From Paraspadella gotoi (lineage: Eukaryota > Animalia > Chaetognatha): DNA of 64,000 nt. Shown one piece after another: positions 52,121 through 64,000 of the stretch (the first letter of the stretch is position 1; each line of letters begins with the position of its first letter). The notes under the pieces were generated by a model. The model did not search any database, had not been told where the DNA came from, and worked only from the letters and a program-made list of their open reading frames with translations. The translations under genes and the position numbers were made by a program. The stretch spans positions 3,186,492-3,250,491 of the forward strand of contig CM119268.1 in NCBI GenBank assembly GCA_051294375.1, read 5' to 3'.

Positions 52121-55100
52121 GCTGGCGCTCATAACGCCAAGTGTGATTCGTTATGATATTAAATTATCATGATAGGCTCGGGTGACTGGCAAATACTGGG
52201 TTATTGCGTAGCCTGTCTTATCACATAGTCGGGCACTGTTAGTAAGAGCTGGCTAATACTATAGTGTCTTGTCCAGGGTTTGGACTGTGCTGTCTCGGGT
52301 CATCATGGGATCTACCTCGGTCGGCTCTCAGGAGTCCGTCGCTATAGAACGCGCGTATAATCCGAGATTTAGGGTCAAGAAATCGAGAATGAGATGGAGA
52401 AGCAAAAAAGGATTGAAATTATCGCTTCTGTACAGATAGGAGGATCGATGATTTCGGGGTCGTCGGTCGTCCGTCGAGCTCGTCCTTCATCGTCGTCCCT
52501 GCATTCCGTCCTAGTTTTACATTCTCTCTCGATCGGTCTTTAATTTTTTCCCCTCAGCTCTCACAATCCTTCACTATCTCTCTACTCTCACTCTTCCTAA
52601 ATTCGCCCGATCATCCACTCAAAATCCACAAAAAAAAATTTTCTCCCCCTCACTACATTTCGCGTCGCAAGTGGATCCGAGATAATTATTTGTATATTTT
52701 CCTTGTACACGATTGAGTTGGAGGGCTGAATTTAATGGGGAGACGGATATTTATTTGTACTTTCATACTCAACCTATTTCTCTGAATAATGATCTTCATT
52801 ATTTTGAAATTTATGATTTTTATTTTGAACAATTAAACATTTTTTTATGCCCGTCGCATTCTCTCTCCAATTAAATTTTATGCGAAAAATTTTGGGTGAG
52901 TATTCGATTCCTGGTTCACCTCTCGTATCCGGTTTACTAGTATAATTGTCGGTCTCGTCTCCCGTTTTTAAAAAAAACAGCGATTTTTGAATATAAAATT
53001 ATACAAACAATTTAATAATATGTTTTTTCTCTCTTTTCCCTTTTCATGAAATTCGCACTTTTATTATGGACAAGACCAACTCCTGAACTAATTAATTACC
53101 GTTTTTTAATTGGTCAAAGAAATTATAATTATTTCGACTTGAAGAATATTCCTTGAAGATAATTTTTTGAACGATCTTTGAGAACCCTCACATTCTTTTT
53201 TTTTCTTCCGTCACACCGATTCTCGTCTCTCTCTCTTTCTTCCTTTTTCCCTCCTCGCTCTCTCGCTTCCCCTCTTATCGTCCAGTCACGTCTTCTCTCC
53301 GTAGTCCCGTCACTCGTATCTCCTCTCTCTCTCTCTCTCTTCCTTCTTCTCTTCCCGTCTCTCTCGGTACTCTCTCCCCTCTCTCTCGTCTTCCTCTCGG
53401 TAATCTCTCTCCATCTACGTCCTCTCTCTCTCTAAGGTCGAATCAGTGTTATCGCCTTCTCTCTTCTCGTTCCAAAACACGATCTGATCTTTCAAAAACT
53501 TATCAATAAATGCGTTAACGGAACTTTTAATAAACAAAAGGGTAAACATTTCAACAAAAAAAGGAAACATAAACAAAACATAAAACGGTTATTCATTTAA
53601 AAGTTATTCATTATAATCTCTCTTATACTTGTGTATCACTTAGAATTCTGAGTTTTCGTCGCCCGCTGTGGAATGCGCGAGCGTTACTGACATGAGTTTC
53701 GAGAAAAGGAATTCTCCTCATGTCGAAAGGGTGAAGAGTGATGGAGGAAAAGGATGGGAGGAGGAAATGTAAAGAGCGAAAAAGAGTATGTAAGATTTCA
53801 GCACGAAGAAAAGAGCGTCTTTCGAGATCTAGATTAGAGCAAAAGAATGAGATTGATGATAAAAATTCTTGGACAGCACGCAGGAAAGAGAGAGGATCAA
53901 CAGGAAAGCTATGATTAAGATTGCACGTACGAAAACACGAAGAAAAAGGAGAACTCGACGAAGTATGAATTGTAAGAGCTGAGAGATACGAGGGAAGAGA
54001 AAGAAGAGGAAGAGGACACACGATGACGAGGATAGTTGAGAGAGGATCGATGCGAAAAGGAAGATGACGAGGAAGAGCACCGCAGGACGAGAAAAGACAG
54101 CAGAGAGGTATCGTACGCAGGTATAAAAAGCTTCACGCGGTATGAGATTATGGGTCCACTGGGAAAAGAGGAATCAGGACGACTGACGAGCTGGTAATTG
54201 AAAAAGAATCTAAGTAAGAGTTAGAAAAGATTGACGAGATGAGAATTATGTGAATTATACGATATAAGTGTTTAAAGTATTTGAATAGGATAAGGAAGCT
54301 TTTGTATGGAATCGTAGACGTAGGTGAATAAATATTGTGGATCTGAAGAAGAAAAGGTGATTGTAGACGAGGAAATGAACTAGGCAGAAGACATTGAGCG
54401 CTCGAGGCAGAGTAGGATATAGGTAGCTACTATGATTAATAAAGTCAGAACGTTAAAAAACGAGGAACGCATGAAGATGCGAGAGGAAAAAGAATTACAG
54501 TGAAAGAAGAGCTGAAATAATGAACGAGAAAAGATAAGGATAGAGTTGGAAAAATATTAGGAAGAAGAAAGAAAAGTGAGTTAGTTAATGTACAGTTTTA
54601 TCAATTAGACAAGACAGATATAGGAAGAAAACAAATATAAACTTATTATATATCAAATTATAAGAAAGAGGTGTGGTAAACTCAACTATAAGATATGTCA
54701 TGAGAGTGGAAATCATTCGTGAATACACTCCGATAGGATACGATGACCTTTCAATAATGACTAAAGGAGCAACGAAAACACACTGACGAAGACGACCGAC
54801 AGAAAAGCGATGACAACAACGATGCCAATGACAAAAAATAATCTACGAAATGATGACGACAAAGACAAAAAAAAACTGACGAACGATGAGANNNNNNNNN
54901 NNNNNNNNNNNNNNNNACGACGATCGAGAAGAAGAGACGAACGACGATAAAAAAAACTACGACGAAAACTACGACGAAAACTACGACGAAGACGAGGACG
55001 AAAAACGACGGGGGAGGCGATGAGGCGGAGAAATCTAAAAATAGATTTAATGAATTCTCGGCGCCGGAAAGATGGCGGGAGATAAGAATCTTGGGGTGGC

Positions 55101-56330
55101 AAAAAAAAAGTTTAAAAAAGACGAGATGGCATTTGAGGAGAAAGTTAAATGAGGGTAGTGAACCTTTTATACATTTGAAACATTATTTGAAATATTATAT
55201 CACTTCATTGATAATGAAGCCAGCGACATTAGGAGTAAATAGATCAGACTGAGAGAGAGAGTCTTGATTAAAAGCTTTTGGGTTATCCTGCTATGTTATT
55301 ATCTTGTAAGACAGATGAAAGCTTTAAACCACCTGAGCCTTTTTAAAGTCTGGGTCAAGATAGCTTATTTGTTGAATAAATAGATAATTTTGGTGTTGGT
55401 TGTATATTTTAATGAGTAGGAGGATGGGATTACAGAGTGGCATTAAAGGATGGTAAACATGACGATAGAATGAGATTTAGAATTTACGAAAATGGCAATC
55501 AAGGGCGTGTAATGGTAGGGAGGGAAAACTTGGGTTATAGAGGGCCCAATGCCAGTCCCCAGTGCCCGCCATCAAATTGCAGTCTGTCGGCGTTGATAAA
55601 AATGTCATTTCCAAGACGACCAAATAGCGATCTTCATGGGCCTTAACGTTGCCTCATGATGGCAAATGAAGTGGCAAAACACTGGCAACGGGATTGCGTC
55701 GTCATGGCAACGGTTCGTTGACAATTTAGCGACGAAATAGAAGGCGGAGACGGCGTCTCCTTGGCGACGGCGGAAGAGGATGACGGTAACGAGAGGGACT
55801 TTGATGACAAAAGGATGACAAAGGGATGAGGAAATGACAAAGATGATTAAGATTCACGACTTTGTTATGAATTTGCTAATATTTTATGCCTTTTTAAAGA
55901 TGGAATTTTATCTCTTTGGATTCTATAAGCCAGGTATTTTGTTATTTGAACATGTTATATTTGTAAATGGTTAAAGTAATTAAAACGTTATATTTGTCTT
56001 ACAGTTAAGCTTCTACCCTTTTACCCCTCTACCTTCTACTATTTCTACTATGTCATCGCCTATGTTATCAATGATACCAGTGTCTATCATGCCCTTTGTC
56101 AATTATGTCAATAAACGAGGTTATGATATATTTGGATGCTTACGGCTATGAACTATTGAGATGAGGCATAAATAAGATTAGAAAAATTTCCCAAAGATGA
56201 CAAAGGACAATGTGACGACGATAACAACGACGACAAAGATCGAATAATAAACGATAACAAGGAGGCTAATGTTCCTAATTTAGTTTTCCGCTTCTTATAA
56301 AACAATCCATTCTATTGTATTCTAGTACAT

Positions 56331-61758
<5,428 letters not shown>

Positions 61759-61777
61759 AGAGAGAAGAGAGATAGAG

Positions 61778-61838
<61 letters not shown>

Positions 61839-64000
61839 AGAGAGAGAGAGAGACAGAGAAAGATACATAAGAGAGTAGGCAGAAGACAGCTCGGAGGAAA
61901 AAACGCAGAATGCAAGAAAAAAAAGAAAGTAAAGAAAGAAAGAAAGAAAAAGAAAAGAAAGAAAGAAAGAAAAAGAAGAAAGAAAGAAAAGAAAGAAAAG
62001 AAGAAAGAAAGAAAGAAAAAAAGATTTTTTTAGTCCATGTAATGTCATGTCATATCATGTAATCCAAAGGAAATAAAGTGCACTACGACGGCAACAACAC
62101 AATTGGAATTACCAGTTCTTGTTTATTAAAATGTAGCCAAGTTTATCAGAAACTGTTTTTTTAGCTGCCCGCCGAGTACTTCTGGGCAACTCATAAGTAA
62201 CATTTCAGTCGGTCTGTCGGTATGTCTGTCCGTCGGTCCTGTCCCACGTAGTTAAAAATGTATAAATTCGCCTCATCAGTAACTGCTAGCGCCGCCATCG
62301 AGAAAATCCTAAAACTATAAAGAAATAAAAGACAGGAAATTCCGATGCAGTGCGTGCCTTTAAATACACAGGCTAAGAAAAGTGATTGTAGTCATGTCGT
62401 TATGTCATGTCGCGTATTAATCAAGTGCAAGTCACGTATGATTCAATGCATGTTCAACTAGAGAATACACAGATAAAATAAGTCNNNNNNNNNNNNNNNN
62501 NNNNNNNNNTGTCATGTCACTAGAAATACACATAAAAATAAAGTCACTGCGGCGCAACGCATTGGATGATCCTATATTTTTTTCAGATGCCAATATCTAT
62601 TTTATCACGATATGTCATTCTTTTCATTCAATCCGATCAAGAAATACAAACAGACTCGTAATTCGATCTCATTTATTTCAGAGAAAACGATATCGTATTT
62701 TTTCTCTCTCTTTTTCACCGATTGAATTGCGTTGGATGCAACTACGTGCGTTTACGTGCGTTTACGTGCGACGCCGTTGATTGCGCTTGACGTGCAAAAC
62801 GTTCTCGAAGCTTTTCTCAATGGCGACTGATTTAAATGTGTGATCCCGAGTGTGTTTGTGGCGCTGATGAAATGTCACGGAATGTCACAAGAAAATTATT
62901 CTTTTTTTTTCTCTCTCTTCGCTTTCTCTCTTTTTTTTATATTTTCAATAAACGTTTCACGCCGTTATTTTCACCTTTCCACAATTTCACATTTTATCCG
63001 TTTTTTGCTTTCACACTTTTTTCTTTTCCCATTTTTTTTCTCTTTTTCTTTTTTCCCCTATTCATCCCATTTTTGTCGCGGATGTTTATCTTTTCTGCCA
63101 TCGATGTTCTCTTTTTTTTTTTTTTTTAAAAGAAGGGACAGAGCTGGGGAAGAGAGAGAGGAGAGGCAGAGGAGAGAGAGCAGTCCGGAGATGAATGAGA
63201 GAGAGCAGACGATAGAGACGAGACTAGAGACAGAGACGAGATGAGAGACGAGAGACCGAGAGAGAGAAACGTGGTGAAAATAGAAGACTGAAAAAGTTTA
63301 TTGACGGGAAGATTTTATAACAGAACATGCAGCAGCGCCTCTATCTCTTTTTTTTGGACAACGGCAAATGCAAANNNNNNNNNNNNNNNNNNNNNNNNNN
63401 NNNNNNNNNNNNNNNNNNNNNNNNNNNNNNNNNNNNNNNNNNNNNNNNNNNNNNNNNNNNNNNNNNNNNNNNNNNNNNNNNNNNNNNNNNNNNNNNNNNN
63501 NNNNNNNNNNNNNNNNNNNNNNNNTTAATTAGTAATTTTCTTTTTTTCTTAAATGTTTTTGACGAATTTTTTCTCTCTACATAGTAGTTTATTTCCTTTC
63601 TTTTTCTTCCTTATTTTTTCATAATTTAATTTTATTCGGCCATGGTCACACCTTCATTCTGAAAACTCACCCATCAACAACAACTTACTTTTTAGCTCAA
63701 CTCTTACTTACCCAACTCAATCTTATTTTCTCTCAATCGACGTCTCTTCACTTTTTTCATTCGTCTTTTCATCTTCCCCCTTCCTCCTTCCCTCCTTCCC
63801 TTCCTCCTCCTCCTCCTCCTCCCCTATCCCTCCATCTCGCCACCTCATTCGCGCCCGTCGAATCAACGGCATAGAGAGCGCCTCTGGCGGCGGAATGCGA
63901 AACTGATAACCGCCCCCTCATTAATGGCATCTGAGAAGAGACTGGAACGCAACTTAATTTTTTTCGCTTCCCCCCATCCTGTTTCTCCTCCTCCTTCTCC

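Noticed and set aside
63868-63882. CTCF-like motif AGCGCCTCTGGCGGC
   Set aside because: It is one base short of the core consensus and is a single short match with no other support.

Overview
Eukaryotic, AT-rich, microsatellite-saturated scaffold, most likely from an invertebrate draft assembly. It has abundant (GA/CT)n, (GAC)n, (GGC)n, (AAAG)n and (AAAT)n tracts. I found no prokaryotic genes, rRNA, convincing tRNA or CRISPR array. Most ORFs in the track are translations of low-complexity DNA or N-runs. Much of the large-scale structure looks like long-read gap-filling artefact: eight gaps of exactly 25 N, a ~15 kb palindrome, and several indel-riddled direct and inverted duplicates. Elements that look biological: (1) a ~1.95 kb foldback/MULE-like element built from two inverted minisatellite arrays and bounded by a 9-bp direct repeat (22976-24930); (2) a dispersed repeat with a twister-ribozyme-like fold (15752-15892, 30668-30805, partial at 29098); (3) a 5'-truncated, frameshifted non-LTR RT element (27384-29008); (4) a frameshifted Gypsy-type integrase on the minus strand (~46810-47920); (5) several low-confidence spliced exon candidates. 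All assignments were made by eye; no searches were run.
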